IMG/VR virus record: IMGVR_UViG_3300036900_000025
Location: 1 to 64,000 of that record
Strand: one strand, 5' to 3'
Source: a virus
DNA length: 64,000 bases
Shown here piece by piece: positions 1 to 8,569 of the stretch (position 1 is its first letter; each line of letters opens with the position of its first letter). Below the pieces are notes generated by a model. The model did not search any database. It saw nothing but the letters and a program-made list of their open reading frames with translations, and was not told the DNA's origin. The position numbers were made by a program, and so were the translations under genes.

Positions 1-107
1 GTAGTGCGACAGGTCCGAGCCAGTCGTGCGATGTCCAACCGCTACGAATAGCATAGCACACCCCTGGCCCAGAGTCAAGCGGTAGGACCAGGGGCGTGCT
101 AGTGATG

Positions 108-542
108 CTAGCGGTGCAGCACCTCGGGCTCGAGTGCTCCCGCGTCGGCCGCGATGAACTCCTCGCGGGTCTGCGACTTCAGGTCGAGGGGCTCGCTGAA
201 CGAGTCACCCTTGCGCCGACGACCGGGTGCCCAGCCCTCGATGAGGCTGACGCGCCTGTCGCACACGATGTCGGCGAACCGACCGACCGAGAAGTCCCAG
301 TTGGTGCCGATGACGAGCACGTCGTCAGCGAAGTGGACGCCGGGAACGCTGGTCGGGAGAACGACCTTGTCCTCCAGGTCGGACGGCTTGACCACCTCGT
401 CACGCAGGATGACCAGGCCGCTGTAGGTGACCTGCTCTTCCTCGTGGTCGCGGTAGACGTACGAGACGCTGACGTACAGGGCTGGGAACTCCAGCACCAT
501 GCCCGGCAGAACGTCGTACGAGTTGACCTTGTATGTATCCAC
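108..542 (-). CDS. hypothetical protein
   Basis: GGAGGT SD before the start; upstream TTGACA-17-TAGGAT promoter at ~577-605. Confidence 0.75.
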   Translation of the reverse strand: MDTYKVNSYDVLPGMVLEFPALYVSVSYVYRDHEEEQVTYSGLVILRDEVVKPSDLEDKVVLPTSVPGVHFADDVLVIGTNWDFSVGRFADIVCDRRVSLIEGWAPGRRRKGDSFSEPLDLKSQTREEFIAADAGALEPEVLHR

Positions 543-633
543 GATACCTCCGTATCAGGTTGATTGGGACAGGTCCATCCTATCCCATCCCACGGGTCAT
601 GTCAACAAACTCTGGGAACTCCTTTCACTTGCT

Positions 634-1848
634 CTAGAGCGAAGTTACGGAGAAAACGACTGGACTCGTTCCGACGTACACGTTCGTGTGGCGGGGAATC
701 TGGCTGCCGTACATGTTGTACTCGGCAGTCGAGTGCTTCGGTAGTGGGAACTTGACGAAGTCGTTTCCCGCCCACCGAACGATTCGGTACGAGTGTGCGT
801 TCTGCTTGATGGTGCAGGTGTACAGGTTCTTGACCCGGTTACAGCCGAGGAACTGACCTGCCATGACCTTCTGGACGTACTGGAACGCCTTGGCGACCTC
901 GGGGCCGCGCTTGACGCCTAGGAACGATGCATCGCTCCAGTCGTACCAGTAGACACGCCTTGCACCGGCGCTCCACTGTAGCGGATACGTCTTGAAGATC
1001 AGCGACGCTTGGTAGGCCGGGCTGAAGAGGGTCGCGTCGGGCTTCACGTCACCGTACTGGAGGCCGTAGTTGATCTCGGTCGTCCAGATCGGCTTGGTGC
1101 AGCCGAGGGCGTGCAGCTTCTTCCGCAGCGCGATCACGAGGTCAGCGTTGCGCTCTGCTGTCGTCGTCGGCTCGCCGTACGGGTGATAGCTGATCGCCTC
1201 GGACCACCGACAGCCTCCGGCCTTGGTGAGGTAGTTGACGATCCGGTACTGCGCGCCAGCCGTGCGGTCCACGAAGGACGGGCTGGTCACGATTGCGGCC
1301 GGGTCGATCGAGTTGATCGTCTGGTACGCGATCCGGCTCTGCGTGGCCAGCTCCGTATCGGTGCCGGTCCAGAAGGCTGCGATGTCGGCCTCGTTGATCG
1401 GCTCGTACGCGCTGATCCGACCCTTGTAGCGATGCGCCAGGGCGGTGAGGTAGTTGCGCCAGGCACCGAGGTCGTTGGCTGCTGAGCTGTAGCCCTCGCC
1501 GTAGATGCTGGGGTTGTGAGTCTTCTGGTAGATGGGCGGTGTTCCGGCTCCGATCACCAGCATGACACTTGCACCGTGCGCTCTCGCGTTGTCCACGGCC
1601 CGATCCAGCGGCCCCCAGGTGTAGACACCTCGCGTTAGCTCGATGTCTCGCCAGGCGGTCGCCGTGTCCCACAGGCGCACGCTGCCCGGCGTGATCTCAC
1701 TCGGGTAGTCGCCCGTGGTGACTCCGGGGAGGTGCATCCCGAACAGTGACCGGGGGATGACCGGTCCAGACGTTGCGGCCTGTGCGGTGCCGCTTACGCC
1801 GATTACTGATGCGGCGACTAGCGCACTGACCGCAACCTTCTTGAACAC
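634..1848 (-). CDS. secreted clan GH-A glycoside hydrolase (GH39/GH5-like TIM barrel)
   Basis: GTG start after GGAGG; signal peptide MFKKVAVSALVAASVIGVSGTAQA|A; acid/base motif YEPINEAD and nucleophile motif IWTTEINY; VRLWDT and RVYWYDW segments. Confidence 0.85.
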   Translation of the reverse strand: MFKKVAVSALVAASVIGVSGTAQAATSGPVIPRSLFGMHLPGVTTGDYPSEITPGSVRLWDTATAWRDIELTRGVYTWGPLDRAVDNARAHGASVMLVIGAGTPPIYQKTHNPSIYGEGYSSAANDLGAWRNYLTALAHRYKGRISAYEPINEADIAAFWTGTDTELATQSRIAYQTINSIDPAAIVTSPSFVDRTAGAQYRIVNYLTKAGGCRWSEAISYHPYGEPTTTAERNADLVIALRKKLHALGCTKPIWTTEINYGLQYGDVKPDATLFSPAYQASLIFKTYPLQWSAGARRVYWYDWSDASFLGVKRGPEVAKAFQYVQKVMAGQFLGCNRVKNLYTCTIKQNAHSYRIVRWAGNDFVKFPLPKHSTAEYNMYGSQIPRHTNVYVGTSPVVFSVTSL

Positions 1849-1887
1849 TGTTACCTCCCTAGATCGGGGTCGAAAGATACACGCTGC

Positions 1888-1932
1888 ATCTCCAAGACCA
1901 ACCCCGAGCTGATCAGGCTCGGGGCTGATCTG
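1888..1932 (-). terminator. GC-rich hairpin, putative terminator
   Basis: CCCCGAGC-tgatcag-GCTCGGGG inverted repeat in an intergenic gap. Confidence 0.5.
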
Positions 1933-2168
1933 AGTTATGCAGATCAAAAGGTATGCCAGAGAGTTCAGGGGAGCTTACAGGATCCACCGTCCTGGGCTCC
2001 GGTCGGTATTGCTCGAACTGTCTGCGGACCGGCTCTGGCTTCCGGTCCGACCTCGGTGGGTACCGTCTCGGCGTTCTGGCCGGACACCCTCACCAGCAGG
2101 AGGGGGAGCCACACAGACATCCCCAACAGGTAGACGAACATGCGACCTCCCCTCGAGTCTTGTGGGAA

Positions 2169-2447
2169 TCAGATCTTGACGGTGCGCTCCGTGAACGCCT
2201 GGCTGCCACACTGCGGGCAGGACGAGGCTCGGCGTACGCGCTCCTCCTGTGACTCGAGCTGCATGAGCTGAGTCGCCCCACCGGCCTTGCTGTGGGAACC
2301 GAACGATGCTCGACTGCCAGCGGCCTGGGCGCGCACTCCGAACCGAATGAGTGAGTTCGGCACGCGCTCTTTGGCTGCCTTGGGCGTCAGGTACCACACG
2401 GTACCGTCACGCTTGCAGGTGCGCTGGACTTCCACCTTCTTCGACAT
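2169..2447 (-). CDS. small Zn-ribbon protein
   Basis: CKRD...CPQCGS; AGGAGG SD and a promoter at ~2478-2506. Confidence 0.7.
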   Translation of the reverse strand: MSKKVEVQRTCKRDGTVWYLTPKAAKERVPNSLIRFGVRAQAAGSRASFGSHSKAGGATQLMQLESQEERVRRASSCPQCGSQAFTERTVKI

Positions 2448-2502
2448 GCCTACACCTCCTCCGATCAGTTGCGGACACCGTAACGCCTACGGTGGCGGTT
2501 TG

Positions 2503-2640
2503 TCAAGCAGTTGCGCCCCGGTCGATCTCCCGGATGCGCTCGCGCTTCCAGGCGACGAAGTCGAGCATCCCCTCGTTACAGACGGCACACTTCTGATCGC
2601 CGTGCCGAATGAAGTGGTAGATGCGCTGGAAGCGCGTCAT
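2503..2640 (-). CDS. small hypothetical protein (45 aa, CxxC)
   Basis: Manual translation MTRFQRIYHFIRHGDQKCAVC...; TGATG coupling to the upstream gene. Confidence 0.6.
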   Translation of the reverse strand: MTRFQRIYHFIRHGDQKCAVCNEGMLDFVAWKRERIREIDRGATA

Positions 2641-2963
2641 CAGAACCCGATCTTCTTCAGGCTCTCGTCGAGGTACTTCCCGTAGAAGTGCTCGTTGTTC
2701 GCTCGGATGACTGGCGGGTCGTCGGGCCGCTCGCCCCGCTCGACTCGCACGTTCACCCAGACCTTACCGGCGGTGACGGCACCAGCCAGTCGGGCGGCGA
2801 GCTGCACCATGCGGGGCTCGTAGGTGTGTCCGAGAAGCCAGGACATGCCTTCCTGCGTCCACTCGACGCCGTTGTTCGAGGCCTGGTAGACAGTGCGGAC
2901 GTGGACCGTTCGGTCGTGCTCGTGGATCTCGACCACACCGAGAGGCTTGACGACCGCGCTCAT
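2640..2963 (-). CDS. hypothetical protein
   Basis: Overlapping operon arrangement and phage-like codon use. Confidence 0.75.
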   Translation of the reverse strand: MSAVVKPLGVVEIHEHDRTVHVRTVYQASNNGVEWTQEGMSWLLGHTYEPRMVQLAARLAGAVTAGKVWVNVRVERGERPDDPPVIRANNEHFYGKYLDESLKKIGF

Positions 2964-3244
2964 GCCGACACCTCACTCGGCTCCTTGGTCCAGCTCTTGT
3001 CCTTGACCGCGCCGGTCGGCTTCCACGTCAGGTTGTTCTTGCTGAGCGTGACGTACTTGCCGTGCTCGGGGCGCACGCCCTCGATCCGGGAGCCCTGCAG
3101 GTTGAAGAGCGCTGCGGTGACCTGCCCGGCGTGGACGGCCTGCTTCTCCTGCTCGGTGATGATGCGAGCGAGGTTCTCGACGGTCAGGAATCCGCCCTCG
3201 GGCTCGAAGGCGAAGGCCTGCTGGATTGCGGCTTGCATGTTCAA
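2960..3244 (-). CDS. hypothetical protein
   Basis: 4-bp overlaps with both neighbours. Confidence 0.75.
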   Translation of the reverse strand: MNMQAAIQQAFAFEPEGGFLTVENLARIITEQEKQAVHAGQVTAALFNLQGSRIEGVRPEHGKYVTLSKNNLTWKPTGAVKDKSWTKEPSEVSA

Positions 3245-3900
3245 GATGTTCTCCCTTGTGCGGCGAAGTACTCGCGACTCCCGTAGGCCGGGAACTCGCG
3301 ACGGGTGATGGAGCCGTCACGCATGAACTCCGTGACAGTCTCCTTGACGAAACGCTGGACGTACATGTCGGACTGGCTGCCTCGGTAGTGGTAGCCGTTG
3401 ACCAGGGTTGCCCACTGGTCCTCGCAGTCACCGTGTCCGTCGAGGCCCTGGCAGGTGAGCTGGCAGCCGAGGTTGTAGACGGTGTCCACGTCGAGCGTCC
3501 TGAAGACGACCCACGAGTGACCACCGATCTCGAAGTGGACTCCCCAGTGCCCGAGGACATCGAGCGTGTCGATCTTGCCGATCGGCACGCCGCCGAAGGT
3601 CTGGTTGATCAGCTCCTCGAAGCGGGCCAGCTCCTGCCGCTGCTTCGCTTCCTCGTACTCGTTCATGATCTTGAACCACGGACTGGTGTTGTGGACCAGC
3701 CACTGGACACCGGCGAAGTTGTCCCAGTTGTCCGGGTCGATCACCTCGGCATCGGCCCACCGGATGATCGTCTCGGTGCTGCCTGACGGTGTCTCCTCGT
3801 TGTGGAAGTCCTCCACGTCGCAGGAGTACCAGCCGTCGTCACCGTGCCAGTAGGCCTTCGAGTCGATCACGAAGAAGCTCTTGGGAGGCGTGATCTCCAT
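3241..3900 (-). CDS. hypothetical protein
   Basis: 219-aa ORF coupled to neighbours. Confidence 0.8.
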   Translation of the reverse strand: MEITPPKSFFVIDSKAYWHGDDGWYSCDVEDFHNEETPSGSTETIIRWADAEVIDPDNWDNFAGVQWLVHNTSPWFKIMNEYEEAKQRQELARFEELINQTFGGVPIGKIDTLDVLGHWGVHFEIGGHSWVVFRTLDVDTVYNLGCQLTCQGLDGHGDCEDQWATLVNGYHYRGSQSDMYVQRFVKETVTEFMRDGSITRREFPAYGSREYFAAQGRTS

Positions 3901-3901
3901 G

Positions 3902-4231
3902 TCAGGCTCCCTTCTTGAAGATGTCGCCGATGTGAGAACGGCGAATGCGGAGCGTGCTGTCTTGGGGGTACTTGCGTCCCCCGCTGTGCGAGCGCATCTT
4001 GGTCACGATCCAGGGCTCGTCAAAGCCGGTGATCTCGACCACGCACCCGGTGAGGTACTGCGGGCTGATGTTCTGGAGGGTGACCTTGTCGCCCGGCTCG
4101 ACCTGTGCAGCCTTGTCGGCAGCGATCGCCTCACGGCGGAGCTTGAGCCACCGGCCGATCTCGTCCAGGCGATCGTCGAGCATCCCGGATCGGACTTCGA
4201 GCATCAGTGTGCTGATGTCGGTGGTTGTCAC
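3902..4231 (-). CDS. hypothetical protein (possible SH3-like C-terminus)
   Basis: ORF in operon; VEPGDKVTL...GCVVEITG pattern. Confidence 0.7.
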   Translation of the reverse strand: MTTTDISTLMLEVRSGMLDDRLDEIGRWLKLRREAIAADKAAQVEPGDKVTLQNISPQYLTGCVVEITGFDEPWIVTKMRSHSGGRKYPQDSTLRIRRSHIGDIFKKGA

Positions 4232-4476
4232 TGCGGCCTCCTTGTCAGGTCGATCGGCGGGCGAGCGGCGTCACGGGCAGCCTGCTGGGCCAGACGTGTC
4301 TGGTACCAGGGCTGCTCGGTCAGGCGGAACTTCTCGATGGTCATCTCGAGCGCCTCCTCGTGCGTGTACTCCTCGGCACGGAGTTGGCCGTACCAGGCGA
4401 TACGCGAGGTGCCGCCGTTCACGCCGTCGAGGTGGAAGTACACGTCCTGTAGCTGGTCACGCCTGCGCTCGGTCAT
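4228..4476 (-). CDS. hypothetical protein
   Basis: MTERRRDQ start after GGAGGAGG. Confidence 0.7.
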   Translation of the reverse strand: MTERRRDQLQDVYFHLDGVNGGTSRIAWYGQLRAEEYTHEEALEMTIEKFRLTEQPWYQTRLAQQAARDAARPPIDLTRRPQ

Positions 4477-4640
4477 CGAACCTCCTCCAGGATGCCAGAC
4501 CAGGCCCACTCGTCGAGTGTGGTCTGGTCGTCGCAACAAGGACGACGACTGTCATCCTCGAAGGACACTGCGAGTGCGATGAGCAGCTCACGAAGAGCGC
4601 CGGTTGCTTGCGCCAGCGGCGTGTGCATGAGGGACTTCAT
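4473..4640 (-). CDS. hypothetical protein
   Basis: MKSLMHTP start coupled to the upstream stop (TGATG). Confidence 0.55.
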   Translation of the reverse strand: MKSLMHTPLAQATGALRELLIALAVSFEDDSRRPCCDDQTTLDEWAWSGILEEVR

Positions 4641-5044
4641 CAGCGCACGCTCGGATGACTGCCCTTGGGGCCGTCCATCGGCTGGGCGTGGTTGCCCGGC
4701 CGGTAGCACAGGCGCGCCCAGGCATCCGACGCCAGGGCCTCGACGTACGGCCGAGGTGACGTCATGCCGAACAGCTCGGGCTCGGCCAGCTTCCACTCCA
4801 TGCGGATCGGTTCTTGGGCGACCATGCGGCCGGTCGCGTCACGGGTCCACAACCGCCCGACGTAGCCGCGATGGGTGACCTTTAGGCCGTGACGTAGGGA
4901 CGACACGCGGGCCGTAGAGATGACCAATTTCACCGCCTCGGGCGTGATCTCGTAGCCGTTGATCTCGTGTCCGAGTGGCAGACGGATCACCTCACCGGTG
5001 ATCTTTCGCACCAGCGCGACGACCTGCATCTTGGTGAGCGACAT
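4640..5044 (-). CDS. hypothetical protein
   Basis: GGAGG SD before MSLTKMQ. Confidence 0.7.
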   Translation of the reverse strand: MSLTKMQVVALVRKITGEVIRLPLGHEINGYEITPEAVKLVISTARVSSLRHGLKVTHRGYVGRLWTRDATGRMVAQEPIRMEWKLAEPELFGMTSPRPYVEALASDAWARLCYRPGNHAQPMDGPKGSHPSVR

Positions 5045-5059
5045 CAGAACCTCCACGTC

Positions 5060-5440
5060 TTAGTGGGTCGGGTTGGTCTGCCCTGGTCGGGACCACCACC
5101 GGCTTTTACACGGTACGGCTGCGGTAATCCGTTCTGCCCGACCAGGGCAGACTACTGTGACAGGTTACCGGTTCTCCGGAAGATGTCTTACGTGACACCT
5201 TCGCGTCTATCGGTGGGGCGACTGTCAACCCAAGGGACTCCCCGACACGAACTGGCCCGGAGACGAGGTTCGGCAAGGGGCCGGGGATCTCACTTCTCAG
5301 CCCTGCGCTTACTGACATCAACTGCCGTGTGTGTCGTGCCGGGGAATCCTAGCCAGACAGGGATCTCACGGGGGTTAGACCCCTGCCTGGTTAGCAACCC
5401 CCGGCAGGAGGTTGCGTCTTGCTGTGCGATAGGACATACC
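5060..5440 (-). ncRNA. putative structured non-coding RNA or long structured leader
   Basis: No credible ORF; follows a TTGACA-18-TAGGGT promoter (~5447-5467); hairpin 5337-5406, multibranch ~5157-5227, perfect 16-bp stem 5076-5091/5137-5152. Confidence 0.55.
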
Positions 5441-5604
5441 CTACCATCACCTCGTAAGGCGTGTCAAGCGGTAGTCTGTATGTCTATTCGGTTGTGTCGC
5501 CGATTGCGTCAGCATGGCTCGGCCAGGCCTACGAGTGTTCACCAAGGGCAATCACAACGATTACCTCGAGGGTCTGAAGAGTTGTGACTCATCTGTGTCA
5601 GCGA

Positions 5605-5639
5605 GATGGGGCAGGCCTGGATGCCAGACCTGCCCCATC
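5605..5639 (-). terminator. hairpin downstream of the 5655-6542 gene
   Basis: GATGGGGCAGG...CCTGCCCCATC 11-bp inverted repeat. Confidence 0.65.
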
Positions 5640-5654
5640 GTCATCAGCGGCCGA

Positions 5655-6542
5655 TCACGCCTTGGTGGCGCCTCGGATGCCGTCCTTCATGCCCGGCGTG
5701 ATGCCCTCGACCGTGCAGTTCCCGCTGGACGGGAAGAGACGGGCCGAGATCGCACCGGCGCTGGGCGGGTTGTCGCCGTACTCGTCCGACTTCGCCGAAC
5801 GGATCTGGGCGACCGTCAGGAACGCGCCGGACTCGACGCCCGAGAACGCACTGGTGATGTGCTTCCCGATGTCCCGACGCGGGCCGTCGAAGGTCCCACC
5901 AGTCCGACCGGTGCCGACGCGAGCCGCCTTGCCCTGGGCGAGCTTGACCGCGGCCTTGACCACGGGGGTCGCCTCGGGCTCGTCGCCTCGGGTCGCCTCG
6001 TCGCCGGTGACCCAGGACAGGTACGCCTGCGCCTGGCCGGTGAACTCGCCGACGTTCTTCTCGACGTTGACCTGTGCGGCCGTCACGTCCACGCCCTCGC
6101 CCGCCGTGCTCTCGACGAGAGCGGTGGCCAGGCCGAGGATGGTGGCGCGCTGGACGTACGCCTCGGTCGGGTCGGCCGGAGCCTTCGGCTCCGAGCTGGC
6201 CTTGGCCGCCGTGAGCTGGTCGGACAGCGCCATGTACGCCTTCGCGAGGAAGATGTCGTTTGCGTTCATCGCGTCGCGCATCAGCTCGGTCATGCGGTTC
6301 TTGGCCGCGTTGCGAGCCTTGGTGCCGTCCAGCTCCCGGTAGGAGGCCTGGACCGGGGCGACGTTCTCCTCGGTCAGGGATCCGTCGTCGGCCTTGGTGC
6401 TGACTGCCGTGGTGACGGCAGCCTCGAAGCCGGTCAGGTCGATCGGCTTCTCCGGGGCCTTCTCGGCCTCGGTCGAGGCCGAGGCCTCGGTGGAGTCGGC
6501 CGCGGGGGCCTCGTCCGGGGTGTTCTTGTCACGTCGCGCCAT
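5655..6542 (-). CDS. abundant Ala-rich protein, possible C-terminal DNA-binding domain
   Basis: GGAGGT SD, strong GC3 bias like the capsid gene, two tandem upstream promoters. Confidence 0.85.
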   Translation of the reverse strand: MARRDKNTPDEAPAADSTEASASTEAEKAPEKPIDLTGFEAAVTTAVSTKADDGSLTEENVAPVQASYRELDGTKARNAAKNRMTELMRDAMNANDIFLAKAYMALSDQLTAAKASSEPKAPADPTEAYVQRATILGLATALVESTAGEGVDVTAAQVNVEKNVGEFTGQAQAYLSWVTGDEATRGDEPEATPVVKAAVKLAQGKAARVGTGRTGGTFDGPRRDIGKHITSAFSGVESGAFLTVAQIRSAKSDEYGDNPPSAGAISARLFPSSGNCTVEGITPGMKDGIRGATKA

Positions 6543-6603
6543 GATTGCTACCTCCATATGGGTCGGCGCTTCGGTCACGACCGGGCGGTCGCGCCGTTGG
6601 GAA

Positions 6604-6725
6604 TGACTCTAGGCGGTCGGGTTACCGTTGTCAAGTCCTTTCCCGATCTCCCTACCCGGTAGACTATCCGGGCCGGTCGATCACCTGCTAGCAACTAGCT
6701 TACCCGATCATCGGCGCGAAGTCAA
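6604..6725 (-). promoter_or_regulatory. two tandem sigma70-like promoters
   Basis: TTGACA-17-TAGAGT and TTGACT-17-TAAGCT on the minus strand. Confidence 0.75.
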
Positions 6726-6803
6726 GCGCAGGTTCGGTTCGGGTCATCCTAGGTTGCCAACCCGTGACACCATCGGGGGAGGATGATGTCACAGGCAAAC
6801 ACA

Positions 6804-6911
6804 CTAGAAGTGTCGGCCTGATCCGTCGTTATACGCCCAGACACAGAACAGGAAGAACAGCGTGAGGCCGATCATCCCGATGATGTACCAGGCGCGTGGA
6901 GTCAGCCGCAT
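6804..6911 (-). CDS. small membrane protein (35 aa)
   Basis: Manual translation MRLTPRAWYIIGMIGLTLFFLFCVWAYNDGSGRHF; one hydrophobic segment. Confidence 0.6.
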   Translation of the reverse strand: MRLTPRAWYIIGMIGLTLFFLFCVWAYNDGSGRHF

Positions 6912-7399
6912 CGATTGACCCAGGCCCAGGTCGCTTCCACAACGTGGGAGACGTGTCTGGCCACGATCGCGGGATCGTTCTCGGTGATCCGGGTTGGGTC
7001 GCCGATCGGGTTACCCATCTCGTCGTAACCTTGGATGTACTGCCGGGCGTAGTCGGTGCCAGACAGACCACCTTCGGTGCCGGAGTACAGGCCGACGAAG
7101 AGATACTCCCAGTCGTTCCGGCCGGGTGCCGGTGGGAAGATCACCTTCACGTTGGTGTTCGAGCCGGGCGAGTCACCCTGCTCGACGTGCGCGTTGAGCA
7201 TGAAGTACTCGCGCAGGACTCGGACGACCTCGTGGTGCCACTCGGTCAGCCGGTCGGACTCGGCACAGCTCTCGACGTATCCGAACGTCTCTTCGAATCC
7301 GTCGGCGATGATGCACTGGCCGACATAGTACGTCGGGAGCGCTTGCAGGTGGCCGATGATCGGGTCATCCAGCCTGATGCGAGTATCAAACATCTGCAT
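6902..7399 (-). CDS. hypothetical protein
   Basis: GGAGG SD before MQMFDTRI. Confidence 0.75.
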   Translation of the reverse strand: MQMFDTRIRLDDPIIGHLQALPTYYVGQCIIADGFEETFGYVESCAESDRLTEWHHEVVRVLREYFMLNAHVEQGDSPGSNTNVKVIFPPAPGRNDWEYLFVGLYSGTEGGLSGTDYARQYIQGYDEMGNPIGDPTRITENDPAIVARHVSHVVEATWAWVNRCG

Positions 7400-7760
7400 C
7401 CTCCCAGCCGACGTACTCGTTGGACATGAGCCGATACCATTCACGGGCCTCGGCCTCTGTCTGGACGTGGAACACGAAGATCATCCCGAGGCTGTTCTCG
7501 GTTGTGACGTAGAAGCCGGTTTCCAGCTCGGTGAACAGTTGCTGGAAGTCGGAGCCGTAGTCCTGGTGGCTCAGGAGATCCTGGAATCCCGCCGCGTCTG
7601 CGGGCGAGTAGCTGGTGATCGTGAAGAACCCGCACGGGGCCTCCACGTCACCGGACGACTCGTCGTTCCAGCCTGCGGTGATGATCGCCTTCCACAGGTT
7701 GTCATACTTCTGGTCTAGCAGGGCGAGGCCGCGTGCATTACGCGATCCGACTGTCTGCAT
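7386..7760 (-). CDS. hypothetical protein
   Basis: First gene after the promoter/SD cassette at 7765-7820. Confidence 0.8.
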   Translation of the reverse strand: MQTVGSRNARGLALLDQKYDNLWKAIITAGWNDESSGDVEAPCGFFTITSYSPADAAGFQDLLSHQDYGSDFQQLFTELETGFYVTTENSLGMIFVFHVQTEAEAREWYRLMSNEYVGWEDADV

Positions 7761-7764
7761 GATG

Positions 7765-7820
7765 TTACCTCCGTCTAGCGGGCCAAGCCCCAGCATAGCA
7801 CGAGTCTATGCTGGAGTCAA
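7765..7820 (-). promoter_or_regulatory. promoter plus conserved leader cassette, copy 1
   Basis: TTGACT(7820-7815)-17-TATGCT(7797-7792), then CCCGCTAGACGGAGGTAA. Confidence 0.85.
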
Positions 7821-7825
7821 GCGCT

Positions 7826-7987
7826 CTAGAGGTTGTGTTCGTCCAGGTAGTTGACCAGCTTCTGGACATGCTGGTGATACTCGGCGTGAGCGACCGTGTT
7901 CGTACGGTGCCACTTCTGCTCTTGCACGCCTGCACGGTACGCAGCCGCACGCGCCTCACGAATGAGTTGCCGGAGTACGGTGTCCAT
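7826..7987 (-). CDS. small hypothetical protein (53 aa)
   Basis: Manual translation MDTVLRQLIREARAAAYRAG...; TAATG coupling. Confidence 0.65.
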   Translation of the reverse strand: MDTVLRQLIREARAAAYRAGVQEQKWHRTNTVAHAEYHQHVQKLVNYLDEHNL

Positions 7988-8286
7988 TAGACCGACACCG
8001 ACTTGTCAGCCAGCCACTCGATCTCGATGGGCGAGAGCGGGCGAGTACCGCTGACCGGGAAGTGGACGTTGATGAAGCCGAGTCCACTGATCCAGTTGCC
8101 GACGTAGACCGGGCCATGCCTCGGGTCGTGGCCGAGGATCGGCTGGCCGTCCGCGTCGAGGTAGATGCACGCTAGGTTATACCCAGCGGGCAAGTCCTCC
8201 TCGTTCGGGCGAGAGATGTCACCCAGTTGGTGGATCGCCGTTGTCGCGTGCATCACGACAGTTGTGGCAGTACGGTGCTTCATCAC
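7987..8286 (-). CDS. hypothetical protein
   Basis: GGAGGT SD; coupled to neighbours. Confidence 0.75.
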   Translation of the reverse strand: MMKHRTATTVVMHATTAIHQLGDISRPNEEDLPAGYNLACIYLDADGQPILGHDPRHGPVYVGNWISGLGFINVHFPVSGTRPLSPIEIEWLADKSVSV

Positions 8287-8357
8287 TTACCTCCGCAGGT
8301 GCAGTGGCTCGGGCACTTCGGGTCGGGGCAATCGCAATTGCCGCAGTCAGTACACAT
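8283..8357 (-). CDS. Cys-rich metallothionein-like micro-protein (24 aa)
   Basis: Manual translation MCTDCGNCDCPDPKCPSHCTCGGK*; GGAGGT SD 6 nt upstream; stop overlaps the next start. Confidence 0.7.
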   Translation of the reverse strand: MCTDCGNCDCPDPKCPSHCTCGGK

Positions 8358-8358
8358 C

Positions 8359-8417
8359 GACTTACCTCCGTCTAGCGGGTCAACACTAAGCCTAGCACAA
8401 GTCTAGGCTCAATGCAA
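8359..8417 (-). promoter_or_regulatory. promoter plus conserved leader cassette, copy 2
   Basis: TTGCAT-17-TAGGCT; 30 bp at 8359-8388 identical to 9082-9111. Confidence 0.85.
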
Positions 8418-8422
8418 ACGCT

Positions 8423-8569
8423 CTAGGCGTGGATCGGGCAACGGCAGTGTTCGCCGTGGTCGGGCCACGAGTCGATTCGAGGGGTCACCCCGAACCTGTC
8501 CATGCCACGAGGTGACGTGACGTGACGGGAACGCTTGGACTTCTGGATCTGACGCACCACGCGACTCAT
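8423..8569 (-). CDS. small basic protein with a His/Cys tail (48 aa)
   Basis: Manual translation MSRVVRQIQKSKRSRH...DHGEHCRCPIHA*; ATGA overlap. Confidence 0.6.
   Translation of the reverse strand: MSRVVRQIQKSKRSRHVTSPRGMDRFGVTPRIDSWPDHGEHCRCPIHA

Noticed and set aside
5076-5152. Hammerhead or twister ribozyme
   Set aside because: Three-way shape, but no CUGANGA/GAAA core or twister consensus on either strand
5230-5310. TPP riboswitch (CTGAGA...CCC...GAACCT on the minus strand)
   Set aside because: Lacks the downstream GAT...AAT.CC.GCG.AGGGA half, and no thiamine gene follows
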